Source of the DNA: Dendrobates tinctorius
Taxonomy: Eukaryota
Direction of reading: 5' to 3'
DNA length: 63,797 bases
Assembly (NCBI RefSeq): GCF_039654945.1
Contig: NW_027361898.1
Span: 1,178,204-1,242,000, forward strand
The position numbers were made by a program, and so were the translations under genes. Positions within the stretch are counted from its first letter, which is position 1; each line of letters begins with the position of its first letter. Below are positions 1 to 23,989 of the stretch, piece by piece. A model generated the notes under the pieces. The model ran no database searches. It had not been told where the DNA came from and saw only the letters and a list, made by a program, of their open reading frames with translations.

Positions 1-369
1 AAAACACAAATCACGACTGGAGCGCGCCAATGTCCCCAGGAAGCGGCTCGGAGAGCGCTGCTACTGCTCCACCATGGCCAGAATTCATGAGTGATTTATT
101 ATAAAGGTGTGTGACTGCATCCTCCGTCTTGGTTTGCAGTGCAACATGGTAGTTGTAGTTTACAGGTGGGATGATGGGTGCAGTATTGCTTGCTGTCAGT
201 GTATAGGTACAGGCTTGACTCTTCTCACACATGAATGGCTTGATACAATGTATCAGTTTGTGGCAGCAAAACTATTAAAAAAAAAAAAAAATGCAACTGG
301 GAGCTGGCATGTTGGTGGTTGTATCCATACAGGGTGGGTACATTTTCAGCTCTTTCTTTGCATTCTAAT

Positions 370-611
370 TAGTGATGAGCGAATGTGTTCAGAGAAGGTG
401 TTATCTGAGCATGCTCGGGTGCTAACTGAGTGTCTTCAGCGTGCTGTAATATGTTCCGAGACTGCATGTCTTGCAATCCCTGCTTGTGTTTAGGGCTGTT
501 GAACATCCACGAGTCATTCAGCCACGGGGGCTCGAACATATTTTCAAGCCCACCGAAGTCACTCAATTAGCACCCGAGCATGCTCAGACAACACCTATCC
601 ATGCATCACTA
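370..611. mobile_element. Palindromic MITE (non-autonomous DNA transposon)
   Basis: Ends TAGTGATG...CATCACTA; internal arm AGGTGTTATCTGAGCATGCTCGGGTGCTAA is mirrored by TTAGCACCCGAGCATGCTCAGACAACACCT. Confidence 0.75.
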
Positions 612-1181
612 TTCCTTAGAGGTTGGTATAGTGTATCACTCTGGATTCAGCTGAGACAGACCCTCAGCTGAAGAAGTATTGGGTCAGTATGGAGTAGTCC
701 GGCCGCGGGTACTGCAGGAGTTAGCTGCCTTTTACATTAAAACAAATTTGCCTTTTAGGTGACAACCCTATAGATGGCGGCCATATTGGTAGTCATCCGG
801 CTTTCCAGCCTGTTAGACTTTTTTGGCAGATGGCAGTCACAGGTCTTGTAAGCCGTTGTAACCCAGTAATCACAGATCCGCCAGCTCCAGGGGTCTCTGT
901 CTGTCTCTTGTTATTACTGCGCAGCATGCGGTTCTGTATGAGGGGGAGAGGGCCGCATTGAATTTCCTTTCTTCCGTTTAGTTCTGATTGGGTGATCTCC
1001 CACCAGCCACATCCTGGTGCGTGACCCATCTCTGCCAACCCCTCCTTTTCCACATTCTGTCTGGTAGAGTGGCACATAGGCTGATGATTGGGTTGGGCAC
1101 CTTACTACTGCCAGGGTCCCTGATGAAATGTGCCTGCAAGGCAGTGTCTCCTGACCAATCAAAATTCTCAAATGGCCCCAT

Positions 1182-1262
1182 AGCTCCAGAGTCATGGTGT
1201 GGGGGCTCCGAAGCTCCAGAGTCATGGTGTGGGGCCCTGTAGCTCCAGAGTCATGGTGTGGG
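1182..1262. repeat. Short tandem repeat, 3 x ~30 bp
   Basis: AGCTCCAGAGTCATGGTGTGGG occurs three times in tandem. Confidence 0.85.
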
Positions 1263-1355
1263 CATTTGTCTGTTCCACTTCTGATTTGAAATGCTCTGTT
1301 CTGCTTTGGGGCCCTACTCCCTCGGCTGTCTGTGAACTTCATCTTCTCCCCAGTC

Positions 1356-1731
1356 AAAATCTGCCAAAAGGACGGATGGCGGATCCGTTTTAGTACTGAT
1401 GACAACGGATGCCACCCGTCCGATTTGAGAGAGAGAGTGTTATTTTTTGTCCGGCACACAGAAAGAGTTAAATGAGTGTCTGGAGGATCCGCCAGAGAAA
1501 AAAACGTTGCAAGCTCCGTTTTGAAATCTTTGAGGATGCTGACGGACAGCAACTTTTGGCGGATCCGCAAAAAAAACGGATACAACGGACGGCAATCCGT
1601 CACAATCCGCCAATAATGGAAGTCAATGGGGAAAAAAAACGGATCCTCAAAAGAAAATTGAGGATCCGTTTTTTTCAAAACCTGGCGGATTGTGACTGAT
1701 TGTAAAAAACTGAAGTGTGAAAGAGGCCTTA
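1356..1731. mobile_element. Left-truncated MITE rich in CGGATCCG motifs
   Basis: Right end GTGTGAAAGAGGCC-TTA is the same terminus type as the complete MITEs at 21659 and 41397; no matching left TIR seen. Confidence 0.65.
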
Positions 1732-2249
1732 CAGGGACAGGAAAAGCACACGAGAGGTTAAAAGGTCCCATCCCACCCCATTTGTCTGTGTTTTTCCTGT
1801 GCCTGCATGGAGGGACACGCGAGAGGAAGCGCTGCAGAGCTTACCGGAGGGCTCAGGGGGATCGGGCGGCCAGTCCAAACCTTCCCCCTGTCAAGACGCC
1901 CAGGGCCGAAACTTCCCAATGGGGAGTCCCTCTGCCCCAAAGGCCAGGAGCAGGACGACGCTCCTGGAGTGAGCCGCTCCTTCCGGTGGGAGGCTCTCGG
2001 CTCCAGCTGGTGGCCGCCATGGCAGGTGAAGGCCGGTCCCCCTCAGGCAGCTGGCCAGGTGGGCGCCGGCATCACGAAGAGAGCGCCGTCAGAGGCGCAG
2101 GCGGGGCTAGCGGCGGAAGCGGCTGGAGCGATTTCCCGCGTATCGCGAGAAGACGTGCGTCACTTCAGGTGACGTTGCGCGCTGGGCTTGAATCTCAATG
2201 CGCGCTCCAGGAGCTCAGCGTCTCTCTGGAAGCGCAGACCGCGGCATGG

Positions 2250-3673
2250 ATGGATACAGAGGCTCAGGCGAATGGAGGGGTAAGTGCGCCTGGTGCAGAC
2301 CACCCTCCCCAAAGCCAGCCCCGCAGCCCAGGGCCTGACTACCCTATCTTAAATTAATAGGGTAAGGGAACCCCAGCAGCCCCCCGACAGTGACTAAGGA
2401 CCCTGCCAAGGCCGCATCCAAGTCGGTCAGATGCCCTGTATGCAGGGTAAAGCTGCCAGACACCTATGGCAAAACCCTCTGCAGACCCTGCACATCAAGG
2501 GTCGTAAGAGACGAGCAGCCATCCCCCCTCTCCGAGATGGGATCCTTGATACGGGAGGAAGTACTGGCCTCCAGAGTCAGCCTCGAACAGCAGCAGTCCC
2601 CCAGTCCAGGGCCAAGCCGCAAGCGTCCGAGGTAGGGAGCAGAGCCAGCGTCCGAAGCAAGCTCTATCAAGGGGTCAGAATCCTGGGACTCTGATCCAGA
2701 GGAGGAAGGAGAGATCCTGGCTGACAGACAGGATCGAGGCAGGAAATACCTATTCAGGCTAGAGGACACGGACGAGTTGGTCCAGGCGGTGAGGAACACC
2801 ATGCAGATTGAGGAAGTTCCTAAGCCGCAGTCTAGACAGGACCTGATGTTCGGAGGACTGGTGGCTCGGAAACAGACAGTTTTCCCCGTAAGTGAACACA
2901 TCAAAACAATGGTCCTTGAGGAGTGGAAGGAGGCGGAACGCCGACTCATACTATCCCGTGACTTTAAAAGTCGACTGCCTTTTGATCCCGAGGAAACACG
3001 ATCATGGGAGGAAGTACCGAAGATCAATGTTCCTGTAGCCAAGGACACCAAGAAGACCGCCATCCCGTTCGAGGACTCAAGTCTCCGGGACCCGATGGAC
3101 AGGAAGGCTGACGTTTTATTAAAAAGGACATGGGAGACTTCGACAGCCCTCATCAGGGCTAACATAGCAGCCACCTCGGTTGCCAGGTCTATGTTTTTGT
3201 GGATGGGGCAGTTGGAGGAACACCTAACCAACAAGACCCCTAGAACTGAGATCCTAGCATCCCTTTCCCTCATGAAATCAGCCACAGCGTTCCTGTCGGA
3301 TACGTCAGCCGAATCAGTAAGGTTTGCAGCCAGAAACGGCTCCCTTTCTAACGCAGCTAGAAGAGCGGTCTGGCTTAAATCCTGGTAAGGGGATAACGCC
3401 TCTAAGGCGAAGCTATGCTCCATCCCCTTCTCGGGCCTAAGGGTATTCGGACCAGCCCTAGATAACATTTTAGAGCTGGTGTCCGACAAAAAGGTTTCCC
3501 AGAACAAAAACTTAAGCGACCCCAGTCCTTTCGGAGCGGCCCCTCCTATAGGAGACAGGCCGACTTTAGGAGCCAAGCCAGGTCCAACAGAGGCTCCTAT
3601 AGGAGCTCCCACAGCCAAGGTGGGAGAAGCAAAGGCTCCCTTTTTGTGTTAACCTCCAGATCTAGGAGGCAAT
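2250..3673 (+). pseudogene. DIRS ORF1 (gag-like), disrupted
   Basis: CPVC-x12-CRPC zinc finger; PFEDSSLRDPMDRKAD and SNAARRAVWLKSW align with ORF1 of DIRS copy 2; internal stops and frameshifts. Confidence 0.8.
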
Positions 3674-3709
3674 GACGCCATAAGTATCGGGGGTAGACTT
3701 CGCCGTAAA

Positions 3710-5449
3710 TTGGGCCCGAGTCAGCCACAACCAGTGGGTCCTCAGAACCATTGCGGACATACAGGACATGATCAGTTCAGAGGTTATATTACCGGTTCCT
3801 CTGACAGAAAGGGGAAAGGGACACTACTCCTCCCTGTTCTCCATTGCAAAACCATCCGGCGAGGCCCGAACTATTATAAATTTAGAGCCTCTAAATGCGT
3901 GGGTCAGGTACAAGAGGTTCCGGATGGAGCCAATTCGGTCCGCAATACAGCTAATAGACAGGGACGCTGTCATGTGCACCCTCGACCTGAAGAGTGCGTA
4001 CTATCCGGTCCCTATCCATCCGTCATCCCAAAGCCTGCTAAGATTCGCAGTCAAATTACCAACCCGGACCTGCCAGTTCCAATGCCTTCCATTCGGGCTG
4101 GCATCGGCCCCCCCCGAATCTTCACAAAGCTGGTAGCGAAGGTAGTGGCCTACCTGAGAAGCCAAGGAATCGTGATCATACCATACCTAGACGATTTCCT
4201 CCTGGTGGCAGGATCCGAAGAAGCGCTCATTCGAGAAAGGAACCGGGCAATTACAGTAATCGAGTTCCTCGGCTGGGTGATCAACTGGCAGAAGTCAGAC
4301 CTCATACCAGAGTGCAGGCAGGTCTTCCTCGGAGTTCTCTTAGACTCACAAGACAGGATATCCTTGCTACCAAAAGGAAGGCAGAAGACTGTTCATGACC
4401 GAGCCAGGGACCGCTTGAAGCTTCGCTCCTCCATAACAAGCGCAATGGAGGTTCTGGGCTTAATGACTGCCTGCATTCCGTGCTTCAGATGGGCCCAGTT
4501 CCATTCGAGACCGTTACAAAAGGAGATCCTCGCAATATGGGACAGGAGTCAGGCTTCACTCGACAGACCCATAAGGCTGCCACGACTTGTTGAAAAATCA
4601 CTGTTGGTGGACACAGCCCAGGAATCTCCAGGTGGGCTTATTATGGACAACCTCTCCATACGTGGTACTCATCACAGACGCCAGTACGTGGGGATGGGGA
4701 GCCCATGTAAAAGGAAAAATCTTCCAGGGAAGATGGCCAGTAGACATCAGAAGCAGATCCTCTAACTTCAGGAAACTCTATGCGGTCTGGGAAACCCTGC
4801 GGCGGAACCGGGCGGTCCTGAAGAACCGTGACGTCCGCGTATTATCCGACAACGTAACAGCAGTGTCTTTCCTGAAGCACCAGGGAGGCCCCAGGCACCG
4901 ACAGCTCCAGGCCCTAGCAGGAAGAATATTCGCCTGGGCAGAGGGAACAGTCCTCTCAGTAACGGCAGTCCACCTAGAGGGTTCCCAGAACGTAGTAGCG
5001 GGCTACCTAAGCAGGTCTGCCAGACAGAGTGGGAGCTGAATGAAGAGATCTTTCTTCAACTGTGTCAGCTTTGGGGGACCCCCAGTATAGACCTGTTAGC
5101 AAGCCAAAAAAACTCAAAGGTCTCCAGATTCTACTCCCTGAATCCGGCGGACCACCCGGAAGGTGTAGACGCCCTGAGTCAGGCCTGGGAAGAACCCCTC
5201 TCTTACGTGTTCCCACCACTGGCGCTCATACTGGCGGTACTCGGGGAAAATCCGTGAGGACCGCACAAAGGTGATAATGGTCGTTTCATACTGGCCAAAG
5301 AGAAGCTGGTTTCTCCTACTGGGGGCATGCCAGTGGACAACCCAGTCGAGCTACCTCTGAAGAAAGAATTCATCCACCAGGGCCTGATCCGCCATCCGAA
5401 TCCAGCAAGACTCCACCTCTCGGCTTGGATTCTGAAAGGGACATCCTGA
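3710..5449 (+). pseudogene. DIRS RT / RNase H / methyltransferase-like ORF, frameshifted
   Basis: LDLKSAYY, CLPFGLASAP, PYLDDFLL, LITDASTWGWG, SDNVTAV, then WGTPSIDLLAS...YVFPP. Confidence 0.9.
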
Positions 5450-5571
5450 AGGCAAAAGGCTTATCAGATTAGGTCATATCTACCCTACAGGCCAGCAGGA
5501 AACCGGTTACGTCCTCAATATACCAGAGGATATGGAAGAGATTTTGTCTGGACGGTGGCAGGTCCGATCTC

Positions 5572-6654
5572 GTGGCGGGTACCCCTGACCTCCCTAGTGT
5601 CTTAAACTTTCTACAGTCAGGGTTTAATAAAGGTCTTAAGTCCAGCACTTTAAAGGTCCAGATTTCGGCCTTAAGCTCCTTCTTTGATTACCCGTTAGCT
5701 TCTCACCCTTGGGTAGCAAGATTTATAAAAGCCATGCAACGTCTTCGCCCCACGATTAGGCAGCTCACCCCGCCTTGGGACCTTGGCCTGGTACTCAGGC
5801 TCCTATGTAGGGATCCCTACGTCACCAGGGAAGAGATGACTATTTCAACTCTCACTCGCAGAACGGCCTTTCTTGTAGCCATTACCACAGCCAAGAGAAT
5901 AGGGGAAATCCAGGCCCTGTCCACTAGAGACCCGTATCTCCAGATCAGAGAAGATAGTATAATCTTGAGATTAGATCCGGCATTTATTCCAAAGGTAGCC
6001 TCTTGTCAAAATATAAACCAGGTGATAGTGTTACCATCCTTTTGCGACACCCCCTGTAATGAAAAGGAACAGCGTCTTTACTCACTGGATGTGAGACGCG
6101 CGGTTATAGTCTATTTGGAGGCCACCAGCAGCTGGTGTATTGACCAAAATCTGTTCGTCCTTTTTGGGGGTAAAAACAAGGGGGGAAAAAGCCTCTAAGG
6201 CAGTGTTTCTCAACTCCAGGCCTCACCACCAACAGGTCGTTTTCAGGGTTTCCTTAGTATTGCACAGGTGATAATTTCATCACCTGCTCAAGCATTAACA
6301 GCATCACCTGTGCAATACTAAGGAAATCCTGAAAACATGACCTGTTGGTGGGTCTTGAGAACTGGAGTTGAGAAACACTGCTCTAAGGCAACCATCGCAA
6401 GATGGATTACTTCAGTAATCTCAGACGCCTACCAAGCTGAAGGCCCCAACCCGCCAGATACTTTAATGGCCCACTCTACAAGGGCAGTATCGGCCTCGTG
6501 GGCCGAACGGGCAGGCGCCCCAGTTGACCAAATCTGTAGAGCAGCAACCTGGGCCAGACTTAATACATTCTGCAAGCACTACAAGCTTGATGTGCTAGCC
6601 GGTCAACAGACCGCATTTGGGAGAAAGGTTCTCCAGGCGGTAATACCACACTGA
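5572..6654 (+). pseudogene. DIRS tyrosine recombinase, interrupted by a hAT MITE
   Basis: TTAKRIGEIQAL (catalytic R), HSTR, TFCKHY (catalytic Y). Confidence 0.9.
6201..6380. mobile_element. hAT-type MITE, 180 bp
   Basis: TIR CAGTGTTTCTCAACTCCAG / CTGGAGTTGAGAAACACTG; perfect 8-bp TSD CTCTAAGG (6193-6200, 6381-6388). Confidence 0.93.
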
Positions 6655-7524
6655 GGAGGTAGGTGCTTTGGTACTCTCCATGGTGCTGTCAGGGGGACAT
6701 CCTGGAAAATAGATATTAGACCTACCGGTAATGATGTTTCCAGGAGTCTATCCTGACAGCACAGGTAGTTCCCTCCCTGTTTATATTATGTCATATGCTG
6801 TAATATGATTGTATCATTAAAGTGTTACTTGCATTATCCACGCTGTGGTACTTGTTAAATCACTGAGGGAAATGGGGTGGGACGGGACCTTTTAACCTCT
6901 TGTGTGATTTTCCTGTCCCTGTAAGGAGGAGGAGGTCGTCCTCCATGGTGCTGTCAGGATGGACTCCTGGAATCCTCATTAACGGTAGGTCTAATACCTA
7001 TTTTCTGCTATTTCTGCACATCCGATAGGAGGAAAGACATTTATATAGCAAGGTCCACTCAGCAGCACAAAGTATGTCAGGAAAGGAGTGTGGTGTTCTT
7101 TTTGGAGGTATGGTTCTGAGAGTTAGAGGAGAAACAAAATTCCCAGCAGCACAAAGTATTTAAGCAAAAAAAAGAAAATACTGATCTTGTAGGGAGTGAC
7201 AAACTGAGTCTTTCTTAGTGGAGCCCCCAGCAGCTCTGAGTACATCAGAACAGCAGTGTTAAGATGTGCTATGACAGTGTTCTCCTGATATACTCTGTGC
7301 TGCTGTGACAATTACTCTGTCCGTCATTTCCTGAAGATCTGATTACACCCTGACTATCGGAAGAACTTATTGAGTTTGTCGCTGTCATCGTACCTTTCGT
7401 CAGCTCCCATCTACTGTGATTGTGGTGGGGGTTACCTGCTCGGATTGTATCTGCACAGTTTCTGCATGCTGGCACATAACATGTGGCTTCTCACTGGTGA
7501 CTAGTGTCTCCTTCTCTTCCCCAG

Positions 7525-18847
<11,323 letters not shown>

Positions 18848-20780
18848 CACTTCAGTGCGGAAGACGGCACCGATATAAAAGCTATGCATCCCAGACTGGT
18901 GGTCTGCACCCTGCCCCCTGGTATTCACAGGTGACTGCACATGACCCCTGGCCTTCACTTTGGTTTCACTTGACACGGACCTCCAAGGTCTACAGGTTCC
19001 TTCCTCGCATTATGGACGCTTCGCAGCTCTGTGAGTGACCTCCACCCCTGCATCAGCCGCTCTGCCTGGTATCGGGGAGGGAGAGCGCCTCCCTTCACCA
19101 CTGCACATATGAAAGTGCCAAGGAGTTTCATAGCTCTTGAAACATTCCGGAACACGACCACTCGCACATCAGCGGTGCGGTCTTCCCTTAACCTTTCCTA
19201 TGTGTCACCCGGCCGCGCTCGTACGATGGTGCGAGATGCCGCCTTCAAGAAGCAAAAACCTTACAATTTTAAGTGCAATTTCCTTTCTTCCTTTTTCTAT
19301 TATTCTTTTTAAAACCAAAATCAAATGGACGGTGGTGCTCCACATGGCTGTATCAGTGGTCAGCGATGATCGGGGGCCCCGAATCTGTGCAATTGAAGCC
19401 CTTCTCCGCACAAGAGACTGAACCAGCAGTGCCTCCCCCTGACACCATCGTGCCCGTGTATTATACTGCAGCCCCTCTTTTTAGTCATTTCTATGTAGAC
19501 TTCTGGTTTGTCCTTGTTTCTTCTTCCCAAGCCTGTATGAGTTTTATCTATACATGTCTATATAACGTGCACACGTAGATGCCTTCTGTGAAGAGGTCCG
19601 CCTCTGGGGCTGAAAGGGGAAAGGTGCCTGTAATAATGGCGGCCGGGCTGCTGGACAAATCGTCCAGGTTCGGATGCTATTTATTACAATTTTTATTTAA
19701 TCGCCTTTCAGTGTCGAAGGTCGTGTCTGCCTCGCTGGTCACTTGGTAGGAGCCCCCTAGGGGACATTGGGCCTGCGCTAGTGTCGGCTGCCCGCGATGG
19801 TAATCGATGCATTTTTCAGTGCTTAGTACTGTTGCCTTAATTGTCTGCTCTTTGATAAGCCACGCCGTCCAAAGCTGAAGTGCGGCGATCGATAATATGA
19901 CCATATAACACATGAACTTGTCCATTACTTACCTTGTACTCTAGAGCTGCAATTGCCTTCTGCAGCTGCTGATTGATTCCAGAGTTGCTCCAACATCTTG
20001 AACTGAACCAATCAGATGATGCATGGCATCGCAGGATGCAAATTTTCAGTGCATACACTGAACAGATTTCAGCTCCTGAAGCTACAGAAAGCCGCTCTAG
20101 AGTGTGACGCCGGATGAGTACTGTTCACAGCTGGAGTTAATGTCACCTGTAATATGAAATGTGTTTTATAAGTTTTTCCGTTAAACGAGGTTTCACGAGT
20201 AAACTGCTTGAATTTGATTAGTGCGATGTGACAGCGATAGACACTCTGACCTATGGGCGTGTACAGATAGAGGATGGCACAGGCGTCTGCCTCATTACCA
20301 TGGTGGCAGCCATTGCTGGATAGCGGCTTTCTGCAAATCACTGGTCCATAGAATCAGAGAGGAGTCGCAGGTGTCCAGTCCAAGCCGGCAGCACATGGTG
20401 CAAGGTACGGCGTATACACACCTATATAGCATTCACCTCCGGGGGCCCCTCCTCCGCTCACATGTCACTTCCTGTACAGAACTTTAGGTTTCTGTGATGT
20501 CACATCTGTGGCAGTTTTAAAATTTCGTCAAAATACAAAACATTTACATATTCCCGCCTCCGCGTCTAATTTAAAGGGGTTGTGCAGAAATAGGTGTGTG
20601 GGGGGAGGGGGCAATTATTGCAGAAGCAATGCGACTCCTGACCACAGGTAACTTTTGGTATTGGAGATCAGTAACCTGAAAGTGATGGTGATTTGAAAAC
20701 TTTCTTTATGGTTGTCATCATTATACTCAAGAATTAAATCCTCCAATTTTTATACTGCAGGTTACAACCAGAAAACTAGA

Positions 20781-20786
20781 AATAAA
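20781..20786 (+). promoter_or_regulatory. Candidate abl1 polyadenylation signal
   Basis: First AATAAA I noticed after the stop codon, ~1.9 kb downstream; no transcript support. Confidence 0.3.
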
Positions 20787-20879
20787 ATTCTGTAAGTTAT
20801 AAACGAGGATTACTACAATCAGCCATAACTTTAATACCAGGGAAGAGCGAAGCATAATATCTGGTATGTGACACAGCCG

Positions 20880-21195
20880 GTTCCTGGTATACAGCGAGTC
20901 TCGTGAAGGTGTTCTCGGTACCTGGCGTGTTTTGTAGGGTGTTCCCGGTACATGGGTCTTGTGCGTTGTTCTGATATATGGTGGGTCTCGCAGGGTGTTC
21001 CCAGTATACGGCTGGTCTCGCAGGGTGTTCACAGTGTATGGCGGATCTCGCGGGGTGTTCCCGATACATGGGTCTTGTGCGTTGTTCCTAATATACAGCG
21101 GATTTCGCGGGGTGTTCTCAGTATACGGCGGGTCTCGCGGGGTGTTACCGGTACATGGGTCTTATACAGCGGGTCTCGCAGGGTGTTCTGGTGTA
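20880..21195. repeat. Degenerate ~25-bp tandem repeat
   Basis: Recurrent GTATACGGCGGGTCTCGCRGGGTGTTC and GTACATGGGTCTTGTGCG variants. Confidence 0.75.
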
Positions 21196-21658
21196 CAACA
21201 GTTCTATATTTGGCTGATTGGTCTCGCTCGCTGAGAGACGCTGCGCTGCAGTATATACATCATGTCACAAAGTAAATATTACCGCCTACCCTTTACTTGT
21301 TTGCAGATAAAGGGATGAGCAAGAGATGGCAGCCAATGTATCGTGTGCGCTATCGATCCGCCGCCTGTTGACTTTGGGTGGAGGGTGTGAGGGTATTTGG
21401 AATAAGGCGCTCACCGCTTAATCAGCCTGTAAAATCCATACTTTCCCATGATGGGGATGAGGAGGGGGAAGGAGGAAGATTGACGTTTGGTCTAATTACA
21501 TTAACTCTTTCACAGAGGATGTGGCCAAGTACGTTCAGGAGAGTAGAAAATAGAGACTCAGCAATCAAGTAGATAAAATACAACTTATTAATTAATTTGA
21601 AAATATGCCACTCTGGGTCATATTAAAAATAAACTACCACCATGACCAGTGTGCTTAA

Positions 21659-22037
21659 GGCTGTGTGCACACACTGCGGAGTAGGTGCGGATTCATCCGT
21701 GCGGATTTTGTAAAATCCGCAGGTGAAACCGCAGGTCAAAATACCTGCGGTTTTACCTCCGGATTGCTCTGCGGTTTTGCCCTGCGGTTTTTCATCTCCT
21801 CAATGGAGGAGATGGCAAACCGCAGCAGAATCCGCAGAAAGAATTGACATGTCAATTCTTTCTGCGGATTGAAAGCCGCAGATAATCCGCGCTGAAAATT
21901 CCGCACCGTCTGCATTGCGGTTTTTGATTCCCATAGGGAATCATGGTACTGTACACTGCAGCAAAAACTGCTGCAGGTCCGCAGCGGCCAAAACCGCTGC
22001 GGAACCACAGCAAAATCCGCAGCGTGTGCACACAGCC
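21659..22037. mobile_element. MITE with TWA flanks (possibly PIF/Harbinger-like), GCGG/CCGC-rich
   Basis: taa-GGCTGTGTGCACAC...GTGTGCACACAGCC-tta. Confidence 0.88.
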
Positions 22038-23222
22038 TTATTGTACTCCAAACCCTAAGATTAAACCAACATGCCATAGAATAGAACAGAATTGGGAACA
22101 GTCTGCCAGAACACATCATATATTAAGCAACATTCCCATAGAATAGAAATAGGACCAGTCTCATCAATGTGGCAGAGGACAATCCCTCCTGTTCCAAAAC
22201 ATGATCATCAGATAAATGGAGGCAGTTATTCCTGGTAATGCCCTAATGGCTCCTGCTCATCTACGTTAAAAATGGACTAGTGCAATCCAATAAACGGGAT
22301 GCACTTTTCCCAGTCTATTAATGTAATCTTACAGCTGTCTACTTGGCTTTTACTTGATTATTAACAAGGGGTGTCTACCCCATGGTTCCCCGTATTAATA
22401 ACCATCAAAGGCTAGGCAGACATCTTCAGGCTGATTTTAATAGTCTAAGAAGGGACCATGGATATTGTCCCCCTCCCAAACTAATTACATCAGCCCTCGG
22501 CTGCCCCAAAAGTGGTGCATCCATAAAATTCGCGCTGACAAAAAAATTGCACGTGAATATGGATTCTGACTAGTATTAGTCAATGATACTATGTTCATTA
22601 TCCCCATTCGCAGACTATAAACATCAGTCCCCAGCTGTCTGTTTTCCCTCAGCTGGATAAGAAAAATATAGGGGACCTACACCATCTTTCTTTCATTTAT
22701 TAGCTAAACATGTACAGTAACTGATTATATCTCTCACTGACATCTATCTAAATCTGTATATAAGATTGTTTTATTAGTAAACTAGCTTGAAATTAAAGAG
22801 AATTCCTGTATGTAAAACCTGATGTTAAAAGCGCATTGCATACGGATGGTCATACAGGTGCTAATTACTAAAAAAATTGCATTATACTTGCATAACAATT
22901 GTCCTACATTTCAGGGACAACATCGGACTGATTTTATTTATGCTGATGAGATCCAAGTCCGATAATTTTTCCTGGTTTTACTCCCTGGCTTATTCTATTC
23001 TATGGCATTTTGGATAAACATCTTAGGGTTTGGTGTACAGACAATTGAGCACAATGGTCATGGTGTTAGGGGCATATTAAAAACAAATAATGGAGTAGGA
23101 TATTTTAATATATTTTACTAACTTTATTGCCACGTTCCATAAGATCACAAACAGTGGGTATTTTGTGCATTAATCTATATCGTGCTGAATACAGAGAAAG
23201 TAAAGGACCAGCAGTGAGCAAT

Positions 23223-23989
23223 AGTCTCCTCTCCCCAGTATTGGCTGATAACAGGGAGTAATAGATTGTACTCACCTGTCCTACAGTCACCTCCCCCAGT
23301 AATGGCTGACAAAAGGGAGTAATAGATTGTATAGTCTCCTGTCCTACAGTCTCCTCTCCCCAGTAATGGCTAATAACAGGGAGTAATAGATATACTCACT
23401 TGTCCTACAGTCTCCTCTCCCCAGTTATGGCTGATAACAGGGAGTAATTGTACTCACCTGTCCTACAGTCTCCTCTCCCCATTAATGGCTGATAACAGGG
23501 AGTAATTGTACTCACCTGTCCTACAGTCTCCTCTCCCCAGTAATGGCTGATATCAGGGAGTAATAGATTGTACTACATTCTCCTCTCCCCAGTAATGGCT
23601 GATAACAGGGAGTAATTGTACTCACCTGTCCTACAGTCACCTCTCTGCATTAATGGCTGATAACAGGGAGTAATAGATTGTAGTCACCTTTCTTACAGTC
23701 TCCTCTCCCCAGTAATGGCTGACGATGCGTAATAGATGTACTCACCTGTCCTACAGTCTCCTCTCCCCATTAATGGCTGATAACAGGGAGTAATAGATTG
23801 TAGTCACCTTTCTTATAGTCTCCTCTCCCCAGTAATGGCTGATAACAGTGAGTAATAGATTGTTCTCACCTGTCCTACAGTCTAGTCTCCCCAGCAATGG
23901 CTGATAACAGGCAGTAATAGATTGTAGTCACCTGTCCTACAGTCACCTCTCCCCAGTAATGGCTGATAACAGGGAGTAATAGATTGTAG
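23223..23989. repeat. Minisatellite (57-62 bp unit, ~13 copies), target of the Tx1-like LINEs
   Basis: Unit GATTGTAGTCACCTGTCCTACAGTCWCCTCTCCCCAGTAATGGCTGATAACAGGGAGTAATA; period 62 between 23920 and 23982. Confidence 0.95.

Larger units (their letters stand above)
1727..7004 (+). mobile_element. DIRS-type tyrosine-recombinase retrotransposon, copy 1 (decayed, extreme left end lost), in abl1 intron 1
   Basis: Inverted terminal repeats 1727-1783 vs ~6870-6926; ICR 6674-6762 complementary to the 3' end; gag-like, RT/RNaseH, MT and YR remnants in DIRS order; ends in TTTT. Confidence 0.93.

Noticed and set aside
914-2357. 285-aa and 221-aa ORFs
   Set aside because: They cross MITE, tandem-repeat and DIRS leader boundaries; chance ORFs
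2464-3618. 384-aa antisense ORF (and 33892-34470)
   Set aside because: Shadow of DIRS ORF1 with no recognisable motif; not maintained at equal length in the second DIRS
1-7524. abl1 exon 1a or 1b
   Set aside because: No MLEICLK- or MGQQPGK-like coding sequence seen; exon 1 presumably lies upstream of the window
22300-22970. Possible degraded DNA-transposon remnant, or a host transposon enclosing the 62-bp array
   Set aside because: No matching TIR pair or TSD found around the array; boundaries cannot be supported
23223-23989. Hammerhead ribozyme in the 62-bp minisatellite (as in newt satellite 2)
   Set aside because: CTGATAA (one unit CTGACGA) resembles the core, but there is no GAAA box or supporting stems
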